Shown here: one piece after another, positions 1 through 21,376 of the stretch | Position numbering within the stretch: position 1 is the first letter of the stretch | Layout: every line of letters begins with the position of its first letter | Assembly: GCF_013836145.1 (NCBI RefSeq) | Contig: NZ_CP057483.1 | Coordinates: 601,327 to 625,326, forward strand | Source: Citrobacter sp. RHB25-C09 | GTDB taxonomy: Bacteria > Pseudomonadota > Gammaproteobacteria > Enterobacterales > Enterobacteriaceae | DNA length: 24,000 bases | Reading direction: 5' to 3' | Notes under the pieces: model-generated | The model's input: the letters and a program-made list of their open reading frames with translations, nothing else | The model's database searches: none | What the model was told of the DNA's origin: nothing | Translations under genes and position numbers: made by a program

Positions 1-23
1 CCCGGTGAACGTTGCGTAGTCAT
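1..23 (-). CDS. sstT: 5' end (first 7 codons) of the serine/threonine:Na+ symporter SstT; the gene continues leftward out of the window
   Basis: The reverse complement of 1-23 reads ATG ACT ACG CAA CGT TCA CCG GG = MTTQRSP(G), the N-terminus I recall for enterobacterial SstT. An AGGA Shine-Dalgarno lies at 31-34 (minus strand). The position downstream of alx fits K-12 synteny. It is too short to appear in the ORF track. Confidence 0.6.
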
Positions 24-211
24 TTCACGATCCTTTCAGTGTGTTGTAGCCCATCCAGCGTGCGTTCTGTCGACGCATCTAACAGGATGTAACAAAGTGT
101 TTGCCTGGATAAGTATAAGGAAACTTCAAGCTTCGGGAAGTGAAAAATGCTGGAATTTAAGCTGAGATCATATTTTATAACTTAATGTTAACATTGATGT
201 GACATGTTCAG

Positions 212-248
212 CAAAAACGCAGGCCGGGCGACGCGAAAGTCACCCGGC
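212..248 (-). terminator. Rho-independent terminator of alx
   Basis: On the minus strand, directly after the alx stop: GCCGGGTGAC-TTTCGC-GTCGCCCGGC (10-bp stem with one G-U pair), followed by CTGCGTTTTT. Confidence 0.6.
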
Positions 249-254
249 ACAGCG

Positions 255-1223
255 TTAAGAAGCGCGCTGCTGCTTATCGTGCTGATGGTTTACCCAGGCG
301 TTAATCAGTAACGTCACGACCAGGATCCCAAACACCACGCCCAGCGAGAGGGCGATCGGGATATGGTAAAAATCGACGATCAGCATCTTAATACCGATAA
401 ACACCAGGATCACTGCCAGCCCGTACTTCAGCATAGAGAAGCGCTCTGCGACTCCCGCCAGCAGGAAATACATCGCACGCAGCCCCAGAATGGCGAATAA
501 GTTTGAGGTCAGCACAATGAACGGATCGGTGGTGACGGCAAAAATAGCCGGAATACTGTCGACGGCGAAAATCACGTCGCTTAGTTCAACCAGAATCAGC
601 ACCAGCATCAGCGGCGTAACATAAAGCAGACCGTTTTTACGCACAAAGAAATGTTCGTTCTCGATGGTGTCCGTCATGCGCAAATGCCCGCGCAACCAGC
701 GTACCAGCGGTTTGTCGCCAATACCTGAAGCGTCTTCTTTTGCCAGCGCCATCTTCACACCGGTGAAAAGGAGGAAGGCACCAAACACATACAGCAGCCA
801 TTCAAATTGGGTGATAAGCCACGTCCCGGCGAAAATCATAATGGTGCGCAGCACAATCGCGCCCAGTACGCCGTAGACCAGCACCCGGCGCTGCAAAGCA
901 GGCGGTACGGAGAAATAGCTAAACAGCATTAACCAGACAAAGACGTTATCGACGGCCAGAGATTTTTCAATCAGATAGCCGGTGAGGAAGGCCAGCGTCT
1001 GGGGATCGGCAACCGCGCGCCCCTGAGTTTCAGCCAGATACCACCAGAAGGCGGCATTAAACAGTAATGAGAGGGTTACCCAGACTAAGGACCAGGCGGC
1101 CGCCTGTTTCATGGTCATCGTATGTACGCCACGACGCCCCTGAAGCAGAAGGTCGATAGCCAGCATAATCACCACAACGACAGCGAATCCGCCCCATAAC
1201 AACGGTGTGCCGACAGTATTCAT
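255..1223 (-). CDS. alx: TerC-family inner-membrane protein Alx (alkaline/Mn-induced putative Mn exporter)
   Basis: A 322-aa multi-TM ORF. Its sequence ([16 protein letters not shown]...[40 protein letters not shown]) is near-identical to my recollection of E. coli Alx. AAGGA SD 7 nt upstream. It is preceded by the characteristic riboswitch leader. Confidence 0.95.
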   Translation of the reverse strand: MNTVGTPLLWGGFAVVVVIMLAIDLLLQGRRGVHTMTMKQAAAWSLVWVTLSLLFNAAFWWYLAETQGRAVADPQTLAFLTGYLIEKSLAVDNVFVWLMLFSYFSVPPALQRRVLVYGVLGAIVLRTIMIFAGTWLITQFEWLLYVFGAFLLFTGVKMALAKEDASGIGDKPLVRWLRGHLRMTDTIENEHFFVRKNGLLYVTPLMLVLILVELSDVIFAVDSIPAIFAVTTDPFIVLTSNLFAILGLRAMYFLLAGVAERFSMLKYGLAVILVFIGIKMLIVDFYHIPIALSLGVVFGILVVTLLINAWVNHQHDKQQRAS

Positions 1224-1240
1224 AAATATTCCTTACACAT

Positions 1241-1274
1241 AAAAAAACGGCTGACGTCGAAAGGCGTCAGCCGC
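1241..1274 (-). terminator. Leader attenuator (expression-platform terminator) of alx
   Basis: Minus strand: CGGCUGACG-CCUUUCGA-CGUCAGCCG followed by UUUUUUU. It ends about 17 nt before the alx start codon. Confidence 0.65.
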
Positions 1275-1432
1275 TGCTTTTATATGCATAGACCTCGCCT
1301 TTCGGCAAGGTCTCACTTACAACCAGAATGGAATACCACATCGTATTCCATTCTGGTTGCCCGGTGACCGGATGTGGTTTTTCACACATCGTAATGACGA
1401 TCGACCGACAACGAAGTTACTCCCCTTTGCGT
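1241..1432 (-). promoter_or_regulatory. alx 5' leader: yybP-ykoY family (Mn2+) riboswitch / pH-responsive element
   Basis: The minus strand reads GCAAAGGGGAGUAACUUCG..., carrying the conserved AAAGGGGAGUA core of yybP-ykoY. A long perfect hairpin follows (AACCAGAAUGGAAUA-CGAUGUG-UAUUCCAUUCUGGUU, 1321-1357), then GUGAGACCUUGCC-GAAA-GGCGAGGUCU, then a terminator hairpin just before the alx SD. In E. coli, alx is one of the two genes known to carry this riboswitch. The boundaries are approximate. Confidence 0.7.
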
Positions 1433-1437
1433 GCAAC

Positions 1438-1466
1438 AAAGTATGACAGACCATTGGCTTCGTCAA
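1438..1466 (-). promoter_or_regulatory. Candidate sigma70 promoter of the alx leader
   Basis: Minus strand: TTGACG (1466-1461), exactly 17 nt spacer, TACTTT (1443-1438). This places the start site a few nt before GCAAAGGGGAG. The -10 is weak, and the call rests on motif inspection only. Confidence 0.35.
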
Positions 1467-1474
1467 TGGTCTGT
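1446..1474 (-). terminator. Hairpin downstream of ygjR (possible ygjR terminator, overlapping the alx -35)
   Basis: Perfect 11-bp inverted repeat ACAGACCATTG / CAATGGTCTGT with a 7-nt loop. On the minus strand it is followed by CATACTTTGTTG, which is only a partial U-run. Confidence 0.35.
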
Positions 1475-1480
1475 AACATC

Positions 1481-1510
1481 TGTTTTACAATGTTTTACAA
1501 TGTTTTACGC
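1481..1510. repeat. Three tandem 10-bp units, TGTTTTACAA TGTTTTACAA TGTTTTACGC
   Basis: Read directly. The period is exactly 10 bp. The third unit contains the ygjR stop codon (TAA on the minus strand at 1505-1507). Confidence 0.9.
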
Positions 1511-2503
1511 TGTGGCTGTGCGACTCACATCATCAGCCGGGAAAATTACCCCCGTCTGGCGACGAATTTCCGTCAGCAGTTTTGCCGTGATACGACTGTT
1601 CGACAACCCCGGGTGATTTACTTCATTGGCTTCTACCAGAGCGGCAAATACCTCCGCCTCATACAGCATAGTATTGATATGTTGAGGCTGAGTGAGCTCC
1701 TGGGTCTTGCCGCCGCGCGGAACAAAGCACACCTTCTGGCATTCAGATATTTTTTCGATCACCAGCGATCCCGCTTCACCCTGGATTTCGCTGTCGATAA
1801 CCGAGTCACTGACTTTTGAATGCTGAAGCGTCACGCTGAAATCACCGTAGTCCATGACTACCACGCCGTGGGCATCGACGCCGCTTTCCAGCAGGCAGGC
1901 GGTGGCCTGTACACCATGGGGTTCACCCCACAGCGCCACGGCAGAGGCGAGACAGTAGAAACCGATGTCCATAATCGAGCCGTTTGAAAACGCAGGATTA
2001 AAGGTGTTGGGGTTTTCACCGTCGAGATAGCGCTGATAGCGCGAAGAATACTGGCAGTAGTTGAGAAAGGCTTTGCGTATCTTGCCGACTTTCGACAGCG
2101 ACTGTTGCAGCAAGAGAAAGTTAGGCAGGCTGGCGGTTTTAAACGCCTCATACAGCACCACCTGGTTTTCCCGCGCGCAGGCGATAGCGGCTTCGACTTC
2201 AGCCAGATTCGACGCCAGCGGCTTTTCACAGATCACGTGCTTTTTATGGCTCAGGAAAAGCTGGGTCTGGGAAAAATGTAGCGCGTTCGGGCTGGCAATG
2301 TACACCGCATCGATAGCGTCGCTTTGCGCCATCGCTTCGAGCGAGGTAAACAGATGCTCGACGAGATAATCATTGGCGAACGTTTGTGCCTGTTCGAGGC
2401 TGCGGGAATACACTGCGGTTAACTTGTATTTGCCGGTTTCATGGGCGGCATCGACAAACTGACGGGTGATCCAGTTTGTGCCAATCACTGCGAAACGTAT
2501 CAT
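1505..2503 (-). CDS. ygjR: Gfo/Idh/MocA-family NAD(P)-dependent oxidoreductase YgjR
   Basis: A 332-aa ORF with an N-terminal Rossmann motif (MIRFAVIGTNWITRQF). It contains the EKP motif typical of the family (VICEKPLA) and is near-identical to my recollection of E. coli YgjR. Confidence 0.9.
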   Translation of the reverse strand: MIRFAVIGTNWITRQFVDAAHETGKYKLTAVYSRSLEQAQTFANDYLVEHLFTSLEAMAQSDAIDAVYIASPNALHFSQTQLFLSHKKHVICEKPLASNLAEVEAAIACARENQVVLYEAFKTASLPNFLLLQQSLSKVGKIRKAFLNYCQYSSRYQRYLDGENPNTFNPAFSNGSIMDIGFYCLASAVALWGEPHGVQATACLLESGVDAHGVVVMDYGDFSVTLQHSKVSDSVIDSEIQGEAGSLVIEKISECQKVCFVPRGGKTQELTQPQHINTMLYEAEVFAALVEANEVNHPGLSNSRITAKLLTEIRRQTGVIFPADDVSRTATA

Positions 2504-2572
2504 AAACGCCTTCAGGCTCCATAAAGGGATTCTTTCGTCAATTTAGCACGGCTTTTTGACAAAGCCAGTGCG

Positions 2573-3076
2573 CTACTGCGCAGTTTCCTTTAATGCCTGT
2601 GCGGTAAGCCACAGCCGGGTATCAAACTCCAACTGGTGGTACTGTGGTTCCATATGACAGCAGAGCTGATAAAACGCTTTGTTGTGCTCTTTTTCCTTCA
2701 GATGTGCCAGTTCATGCACCACGATCATGCGTAAAAACGGTTCCGGCGCGCTGCGAAAGACGGTGGCAACGCGGATCTCCGCTTTGGCTTTTAGCTTGCC
2801 GCCCTGAACGCGAGACACTGCTGTGTGCAGGCCGAGCGCGTTTTTCAGCACGTGAATTTTGTTGTCATACATCACCTTATTGATCGGCGGGGCGTTGCGC
2901 AGAAACTGGCTTTTCAGATCCTGCGTATACTGCCAGAGCGCTTTGTCGGTGGAGAAATCATGCGTTCCCGGATAGCGCTTCTCCAGCACAGCACCCAGAC
3001 GCTGTTCGGCAATCAACGTGCGTACCTGAGAAAGTAAATGCTCCGGGTAGCCCTGGAGGTAAGTCAGAGGGGTCAT
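2573..3076 (-). CDS. ygjP: YgjP, DUF45/M48-like zinc metallohydrolase (HExxH)
   Basis: HELAH zinc motif ([17 protein letters not shown]) and strong similarity to recalled E. coli YgjP. I chose the ATG at 3076 ([11 protein letters not shown], 167 aa), which matches the K-12 length and N-terminus. The ORF-track start at 3091 is a TTG with no SD. Confidence 0.85.
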   Translation of the reverse strand: MTPLTYLQGYPEHLLSQVRTLIAEQRLGAVLEKRYPGTHDFSTDKALWQYTQDLKSQFLRNAPPINKVMYDNKIHVLKNALGLHTAVSRVQGGKLKAKAEIRVATVFRSAPEPFLRMIVVHELAHLKEKEHNKAFYQLCCHMEPQYHQLEFDTRLWLTAQALKETAQ

Positions 3077-3162
3077 ATCATTCCACGCCAATCAACAAAA
3101 TTATTGTATACTCACGCACCCTTTTCAGGGATAAGCCGAAATTTTACCATTCAGGAGGGCCG

Positions 3163-4299
3163 ATGAGCCACACAGACAACGGTTTCCGTTCACTGACACT
3201 AAAACGTTTTCCAGAAACGGACGACGTTAACCCACTGCTGGCGTGGGAAGCGGCAGATGAATATCTGCTGCAACAGTTGGACGATACGGAGATTCGCGGC
3301 CCGGTGCTGATCCTGAACGATACCTTCGGCGCTCTGAGCTGTGCGCTGGCCGAGCATACGCCGTACAGTATTGGCGACTCTTACCTGAGCGAACTGGCGA
3401 CGCGGGAAAACCTGCGTCATAACGACATCGCTGAATCCAGCGTTAAATTTCTCGACAGCACGGCAGAGTACCCGCAGACACCGGGCGTGGTGCTGATTAA
3501 AGTGCCGAAAACGCTGGCGCTGCTGGAGCAGCAGCTGCGGGCGCTGCGTAACGTCGTCACGCCAGATACCCGCATTATTGCCGGGGCCAAGGCGCGTGAT
3601 ATTCATACCTCTACGCTTGAACTGTTTGAAAAAGTGCTGGGGCCAACCACCACCACCCTGGCGTGGAAAAAGGCGCGTTTAATTAACTGCACCTTCAGTA
3701 AACCTGATCTTGCGTATGCGCCGGAAACGTTAAGCTGGAAGCTGGAAGGTACCGACTGGACCATCCATAACCATGCCAACGTTTTCTCGCGTACCGGGCT
3801 GGATATCGGCGCGCGCTTCTTTATGCAGCATCTGCCAGAAAACCTGGAAGGGGAGATTGTCGATCTCGGCTGCGGCAATGGGGTGATTGGCCTGACGTTG
3901 TTGGAAAAAAATCCGCAGGCAAACGTGGTGTTTGTGGATGAGTCGCCGATGGCGGTGGCATCCAGTCGCCTGAACGTTGAAACCAACCTGCCCGAGGCAT
4001 TCGATCGCTGTGAGTTTATGATCAACAACGGACTGTCCGGCGTTGAGCCGTTCCGCTTTAACGCGGTGCTGTGTAACCCGCCGTTCCATCAGAAGCACGC
4101 GCTGACCGATAACATCGCCTGGGAGATGTTCCACCATGCGCGCCGCTGCCTGAAAATTAACGGTGAGCTGTACATCGTCGCTAACCGCCATCTCGACTAC
4201 TTCCACAAACTGAAGAAGATTTTCGGTAACTGCGTCACCGTCGCCACTAACAATAAGTTTGTGGTGCTCAAAGCGGTGAAATTAGGTCGCCGTCGCTAA
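3163..4299 (+). CDS. rlmG: 23S rRNA (guanine1835-N2)-methyltransferase RlmG
   Basis: A 378-aa ORF with an AGGAGG SD. It has an SAM-binding motif ([11 protein letters not shown]) and the NPPFH catalytic motif, and is near-identical to recalled E. coli RlmG/YgjO. Confidence 0.95.
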   Translation: MSHTDNGFRSLTLKRFPETDDVNPLLAWEAADEYLLQQLDDTEIRGPVLILNDTFGALSCALAEHTPYSIGDSYLSELATRENLRHNDIAESSVKFLDSTAEYPQTPGVVLIKVPKTLALLEQQLRALRNVVTPDTRIIAGAKARDIHTSTLELFEKVLGPTTTTLAWKKARLINCTFSKPDLAYAPETLSWKLEGTDWTIHNHANVFSRTGLDIGARFFMQHLPENLEGEIVDLGCGNGVIGLTLLEKNPQANVVFVDESPMAVASSRLNVETNLPEAFDRCEFMINNGLSGVEPFRFNAVLCNPPFHQKHALTDNIAWEMFHHARRCLKINGELYIVANRHLDYFHKLKKIFGNCVTVATNNKFVVLKAVKLGRRR

Positions 4300-4304
4300 C
4301 GTAT

Positions 4305-4432
4305 TGCCGGATGGCGGCTAACGCCTTATCCGGTCTACAACGTAGTGCTATCTCGTAGGCCCGATAAGCGCAGCGCCATCGGGCAAAACGGCGTATCGCC
4401 GGATGGCGGCGTTCGCCTTATCCGGCCTACAA
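4305..4432. repeat. BIME: three REP (repetitive extragenic palindrome) units in alternating orientation
   Basis: TGCCGGATGGCGGCTAACGCCTTATCCGGTCTACA (4305-4339); GTAGGCCCGATAAGCGCAGCGCCATCGGGCA (4356-4386, inverted type); CGCCGGATGGCGGCGTTCGCCTTATCCGGCCTACA (4398-4432). These are the classic enterobacterial REP consensus, located between the convergent rlmG and fadH. Confidence 0.85.
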
Positions 4433-4454
4433 CGTAAGCCAGGTAAGCGAAGCC

Positions 4455-6494
<2,040 letters not shown>

Positions 6495-6502
6495 TTATTG
6501 TT

Positions 6503-6519
6503 ATGTGGTCGGATGAGTT
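6503..6519 (-). promoter_or_regulatory. Candidate FadR operator in the fadH promoter region
   Basis: The minus strand AACTCATCCGACCACAT matches 12 of 17 positions of the FadR consensus as I recall it (AACTGGTCCGACCTGTT). It lies 30-46 nt upstream of the fadH ATG. fadH is a known FadR target in E. coli. Confidence 0.45.
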
Positions 6520-6605
6520 ACTAATTTAGCTATCGTGACGTAAAAGGGAAAAGGGGAATGCAATGAATGTGATGGGATTCAAAAAATGCGGCGGGACCGC
6601 TTTGG

Positions 6606-6640
6606 CAGGCCGGGTAAGGCGAAGCCGCCACCCGGCACTG
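6606..6640. repeat. Single REP-like palindromic unit
   Basis: CAGGCCGGGTAAGGCGAAGCCGCCACCCGGCACTG: GCCGGGT...ACCCGGC arms just downstream of the ygjK stop. It probably serves as its transcript-end hairpin. Confidence 0.55.
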
Positions 6641-6648
6641 TTCAAGGA

Positions 6649-15273
<8,625 letters not shown>

Positions 15274-15352
15274 CTGGATCACGAAAATAGCGTTTTGCGG
15301 GTGTTGTGCATGAAAATGCACGCCCGGCAGAATACCGGACGTGAAAAGGGAA

Positions 15353-16354
<1,002 letters not shown>

Positions 16355-16504
16355 TTATCCGGGTACGCTTTGTCATTGTAAAGGAAGCGCTTTTCTATGC
16401 ATCTGTTTTCAGTAAATAAAGCGAGAATATTTGACGCGTTCAGGGTAAAACGCCGCTTTTCGAATGTGATCTATACAACATTTTCCTGTTATTTTACGCA
16501 GTGA

Positions 16505-16888
<384 letters not shown>

Positions 16889-16897
16889 ACATTAAAA

Positions 16898-16973
16898 TGC
16901 CGGGTGGAGGCTGCGCCTTACCCGGCCTACGGCACGAAACCCGTAGGCCGCATAAGCGCAGCGCCATCAGGCA
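16898..16973. repeat. Pair of REP units (BIME) between the convergent ygjH and patA
   Basis: TGCCGGGTGGAGGCTGCGCCTTACCCGGCCTAC (16898-16930) and GTAGGCCGCATAAGCGCAGCGCCATCAGGCA (16943-16973), in opposite orientations. Confidence 0.75.
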
Positions 16974-16986
16974 TCTTCCGCTCAGA

Positions 16987-18501
<1,515 letters not shown>

Positions 18502-18719
18502 TTAACATTTTCAGCGTTTTTTTATGAGAAACGCCTTGGGCGGCGGTCACCAAAGGTGAAAATTTGCGCATAAACAGTGCGAATAATGGGCGATTATGGG
18601 GCGGTAACTTTCAAGGTGCCAGATAGTTTTGCAGCGAAAGTATTTTAAATCAATAGATTAGAAGGCACTCAAAAAATACGGTTTAACCGGGAAATGTGAT
18701 GTAAATCATCATCTATAAC

Positions 18720-18746
18720 TAAAGATAAATTCATTCGCGCCGAAAA
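18720..18746 (+). promoter_or_regulatory. sigma28 (FliA) class-3 flagellar promoter of aer
   Basis: TAAAGATA-N11-GCCGAAAA versus the consensus TAAAGTTT-N11-GCCGATAA. It lies about 50 nt upstream of the aer ATG. aer belongs to the flagellar/chemotaxis regulon in E. coli. Confidence 0.65.
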
Positions 18747-18795
18747 GGTATCTGACAAAAAATTAACAACCAGATAACCTGCACAGGACGCATCT

Positions 18796-20316
18796 ATGTC
18801 TTCCAATCGCTACGTTACCCAGCAAAACACGCCGCTGACTGACGATACGACGCTCATGTCAACGACCGATCTCGACAGCTATATCACCCACGCTAACGAT
18901 ACATTCGTTAACATCAGCGGATACTCGCTCAGTGAGCTAACAGGACAGCCACACAATCTGGTGCGCCACCCGGATATGCCCAAAGCCGCGTTTGCGGATA
19001 TGTGGTACACCCTGCAGCAGGGAGAGCCGTGGAGCGGAATTGTTAAAAATCGACGCAAAAATGGCGATCACTATTGGGTGCGGGCGAATGCCGTGCCGAT
19101 GGTACGCGACGGTAAAACCACCGGCTATATGTCGATCCGCACCCGGGCAACGGATGCCGAAATTGCTGCTGTTGAGCCATTATACAAGGCGCTTAACGAG
19201 GGGCGTTGCCATCGTCAGGTCCGTAAAGGTCTGGTGGTGCGCAAGGGATGGTTAGGTAAACTTCCGGGCATCCCGGTGCGCTGGCGGGTCCGCAGCGTGA
19301 TGGTATTTATTTATCTGCTACTGGCGGCGACGCTATACGTTTCAGGCGCCTCCTGGCCTGCGCAGGTGGTGAGTGCGCTGATCCTGTTGCTCGGCACGGC
19401 AATGTTTGAATGGCAGATCGTTCGCCCGATAGAGAACGTGGCGAAGCAGGCGTTGAAAGTGGCGACCGGGGAGCGCAACAGCGTGGAACATCTGAATCGC
19501 AGCGATGAACTGGGCCTGACGCTACGCGCCATCGGTCAGCTTGGGCTGATGTGTCGCTGGTTGATTCACGATGTATCTGGCCAGGTTTCCAGCGTCAGAA
19601 ACGGCAGTGAGACCCTGGCAAAGGGTAACGAGGATCTGAATAAGCACACCCACCAGACAGCGGATAATGTGCAGCAAACGGTGACCACCATGAACCAAAT
19701 GGCGGAATCCGTTAAACAGAATTCCGAAACGGCTTTCGCTGCCGATAAACTCTCCATTGCTGCCAGTAGCGCAGCGACACAGGGCGGCGATGCTATGGAC
19801 ACCGTGATTAAAACCATGGATGACATTGCGGACAGTACGCAGCGTATTGGTACCATCACGGCACTGATCAACGACATTGCCTTCCAGACAAATATCCTGG
19901 CGCTTAATGCGGCGGTTGAAGCAGCGCGCGCCGGCGAGCAGGGGAAAGGGTTTGCCGTTGTGGCTGGCGAGGTGCGTCATCTGGCCAGCCGTAGCGCCAG
20001 CGCCGCAAACGACATTCGTAAGCTGATAGATGCCAGTGCGGATAAGGTCCAGTCGGGTGCGCAGCAGGTTCATGCCGCAGGACGTATGATGGACGACATC
20101 GTTTCTCAGGTGCAAAACGTCACCCAGCTTATCGCGCAAATCAGCCAGTCAACGCTGGAGCAGTCTGACGGGCTGACCAGCCTGACGCGCGCCGTTGACG
20201 AACTAAGCCTTCTCACCCGGAAAAATGCGCAACTGGTTGAGGAGAGCGCACAGGTTTCAGCGATGGTCAAACACCGAGCCAGTCGTCTGGCAGATGCAGT
20301 GACCGTGCTGCACTAG
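18796..20316 (+). CDS. aer: Aerotaxis receptor Aer (PAS-FAD, membrane hairpin, HAMP, MCP signalling domain)
   Basis: A 506-aa ORF with an N-terminal PAS ([20 protein letters not shown]...RHPDMP). It has a central hydrophobic hairpin and the invariant MCP tip ([37 protein letters not shown]). Confidence 0.95.
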   Translation: MSSNRYVTQQNTPLTDDTTLMSTTDLDSYITHANDTFVNISGYSLSELTGQPHNLVRHPDMPKAAFADMWYTLQQGEPWSGIVKNRRKNGDHYWVRANAVPMVRDGKTTGYMSIRTRATDAEIAAVEPLYKALNEGRCHRQVRKGLVVRKGWLGKLPGIPVRWRVRSVMVFIYLLLAATLYVSGASWPAQVVSALILLLGTAMFEWQIVRPIENVAKQALKVATGERNSVEHLNRSDELGLTLRAIGQLGLMCRWLIHDVSGQVSSVRNGSETLAKGNEDLNKHTHQTADNVQQTVTTMNQMAESVKQNSETAFAADKLSIAASSAATQGGDAMDTVIKTMDDIADSTQRIGTITALINDIAFQTNILALNAAVEAARAGEQGKGFAVVAGEVRHLASRSASAANDIRKLIDASADKVQSGAQQVHAAGRMMDDIVSQVQNVTQLIAQISQSTLEQSDGLTSLTRAVDELSLLTRKNAQLVEESAQVSAMVKHRASRLADAVTVLH

Positions 20317-20330
20317 TCGTACCATAGGCA

Positions 20331-20363
20331 GGCCAGCGTCGGGGACATCCTCCGGCGTTGGCC
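20331..20363 (+). terminator. Stable hairpin after aer (possible terminator without a clear U-run)
   Basis: GGCCAGCGTCGGGG-ACATC-CCTCCGGCGTTGGCC forms a stem of about 14 bp including G-U pairs. It is followed by GTCTGTGCC, which is not U-rich. Confidence 0.3.
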
Positions 20364-20379
20364 GTCTGTGCCATTATCT

Positions 20380-20398
20380 TTGATTAATAATCATTATT
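20380..20398. promoter_or_regulatory. Fur box upstream of yqjH
   Basis: TTGATTAATAATCATTATT matches 13 of 19 positions of GATAATGATAATCATTATC, with the core AATCATTAT exact. It lies 50-68 nt upstream of the yqjH ATG. yqjH is Fur-regulated in E. coli. Confidence 0.6.
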
Positions 20399-20447
20399 AT
20401 TTAAGAATGGGTTTTGCTCACGCTGATTATTATCAAAAAGGTACGAA

Positions 20448-21215
20448 ATGAACGATAAAGCCTCACGCTATCCGCAGCGCGTGCGCAATGAACTGCGCTT
20501 TCGCGAACTGACTGTCCTGCGCACAGAGCGCATCAGCGCTGGGTTTCAGCGCATAGTTCTCGGCGGCGAGGCGCTTGAGGGCTTTTCATCACGCGGCTTT
20601 GACGATCACATCAAAGTCTTCTTCCCGCAACCGGGCTGCCGCTTCACGCCGCCCATCGTTACCGATGAAGGGATTGTCTGGGGAGATGGTATGCGTCCTC
20701 CGTCCCGTGACTACACGCCACTATACGATGCTGAACGGCATGAGCTGGCGCTGGATTTCTTCATCCACGATGGCGGCGTGGCAAGCGCCTGGGCTATGCA
20801 AGCACGGGAAGGCGATTTACTCACCGTCGCTGGGCCGCGCGGATCGCTGGTGGTACCGGAGGATTATGCGTATCAGGTCTATGTCTGCGATGAGTCCGGA
20901 ATGCCCGCGCTGCGTCGTCGTCTTGAAGGTCTGAGCCGTTTGTCGGTCAGGCCAGCCGTCACCGCGCTGGTAAGCGTAGAAAACCCTGCGTATCAGGATT
21001 ACCTCGCGCATCTTGCGACTTTCGATATTGAATGGCTGGGTCACGATGAACCGGCGATGGCGGCGCGTCTGGCACGGCTTCAAGTACCCGCAGAGGATTA
21101 CTTTATCTGGATCACCGGGGAAGGAAAGGTCGTTAAAAACCTGAGCAGTCGCTTTGAAAGCGAGGCTTTTGATTCGCAGTTAGTCCGTGCGGCAGCTTAC
21201 TGGCACAACAAGTAA
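20448..21215 (+). CDS. yqjH: NADPH-dependent ferric-siderophore reductase (siderophore-interacting protein family) YqjH/NfeF
   Basis: A 255-aa ORF (…YPQRVRNELRFRELTVLRTERISAGFQRIVLGGEAL…RDYTP…CDESGMPALRR…). It is near-identical to recalled E. coli YqjH and carries FAD/NAD(P)H-binding SIP-family motifs. Confidence 0.9.
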   Translation: MNDKASRYPQRVRNELRFRELTVLRTERISAGFQRIVLGGEALEGFSSRGFDDHIKVFFPQPGCRFTPPIVTDEGIVWGDGMRPPSRDYTPLYDAERHELALDFFIHDGGVASAWAMQAREGDLLTVAGPRGSLVVPEDYAYQVYVCDESGMPALRRRLEGLSRLSVRPAVTALVSVENPAYQDYLAHLATFDIEWLGHDEPAMAARLARLQVPAEDYFIWITGEGKVVKNLSSRFESEAFDSQLVRAAAYWHNK

Positions 21216-21309
21216 ACGCGGTGTCGGAGCTTGTCCAGGGCGCGCTTAGTCTGAAATTTAAGCATCTTCGTCGTGACGTCTTACAAATGAAACTTAATGT
21301 TTTCTTTGC

Positions 21310-21318
21310 TGCTAAAAT
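21310..21318 (+). promoter_or_regulatory. Candidate extended -10 promoter (TGcTAAAAT) for the 99-aa ORF
   Basis: The TGnTAAAAT motif lies about 60 nt upstream of the ATG at 21377. There is no convincing -35. Motif inspection only. Confidence 0.25.
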
Positions 21319-21376
21319 CGGTTTATGGTCGTAGTGTGGTCTTGTGTTTTACGTGGTTAATTTTAAGGATAAAAGT

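Noticed and set aside
1328-1819. 163-aa plus-strand ORF spanning the alx leader and the 3' end of ygjR (and the nested 61-aa ORF at 1431-1616)
   Set aside because: It runs antisense to a structured riboswitch leader and to the well-supported ygjR gene. It has no SD, an odd Cys/Arg-rich composition and no recognisable family, so it is a typical shadow ORF.
15305-15320. Perfect hairpin GTGCAT-GAAA-ATGCAC between ebgR and ebgA, considered as an ebgR terminator or CRP site
   Set aside because: It has only a 6-bp stem and no U-run on the minus strand. As a CRP site the half-site spacing and right arm do not fit TGTGA-N6-TCACA. It is left unassigned.
18615-18633. Plus-strand GGTGCCAGATAGTTTTGCA, which looks like a sigma54 -24/-12 element pointing toward aer
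   Set aside because: The GG to GC spacing is 16 nt instead of the required 12, and aer already has a good sigma28 promoter.
21216-21376. Search for a direct repeat of the ileX 3' end (TGGTGGCCCCTGCTGG...) marking the distal island boundary, and for integrase or IS remnants
   Set aside because: No such repeat or recombinase fragment is visible anywhere in 21216-22611. I therefore do not call an intact integrative element or defined att sites.
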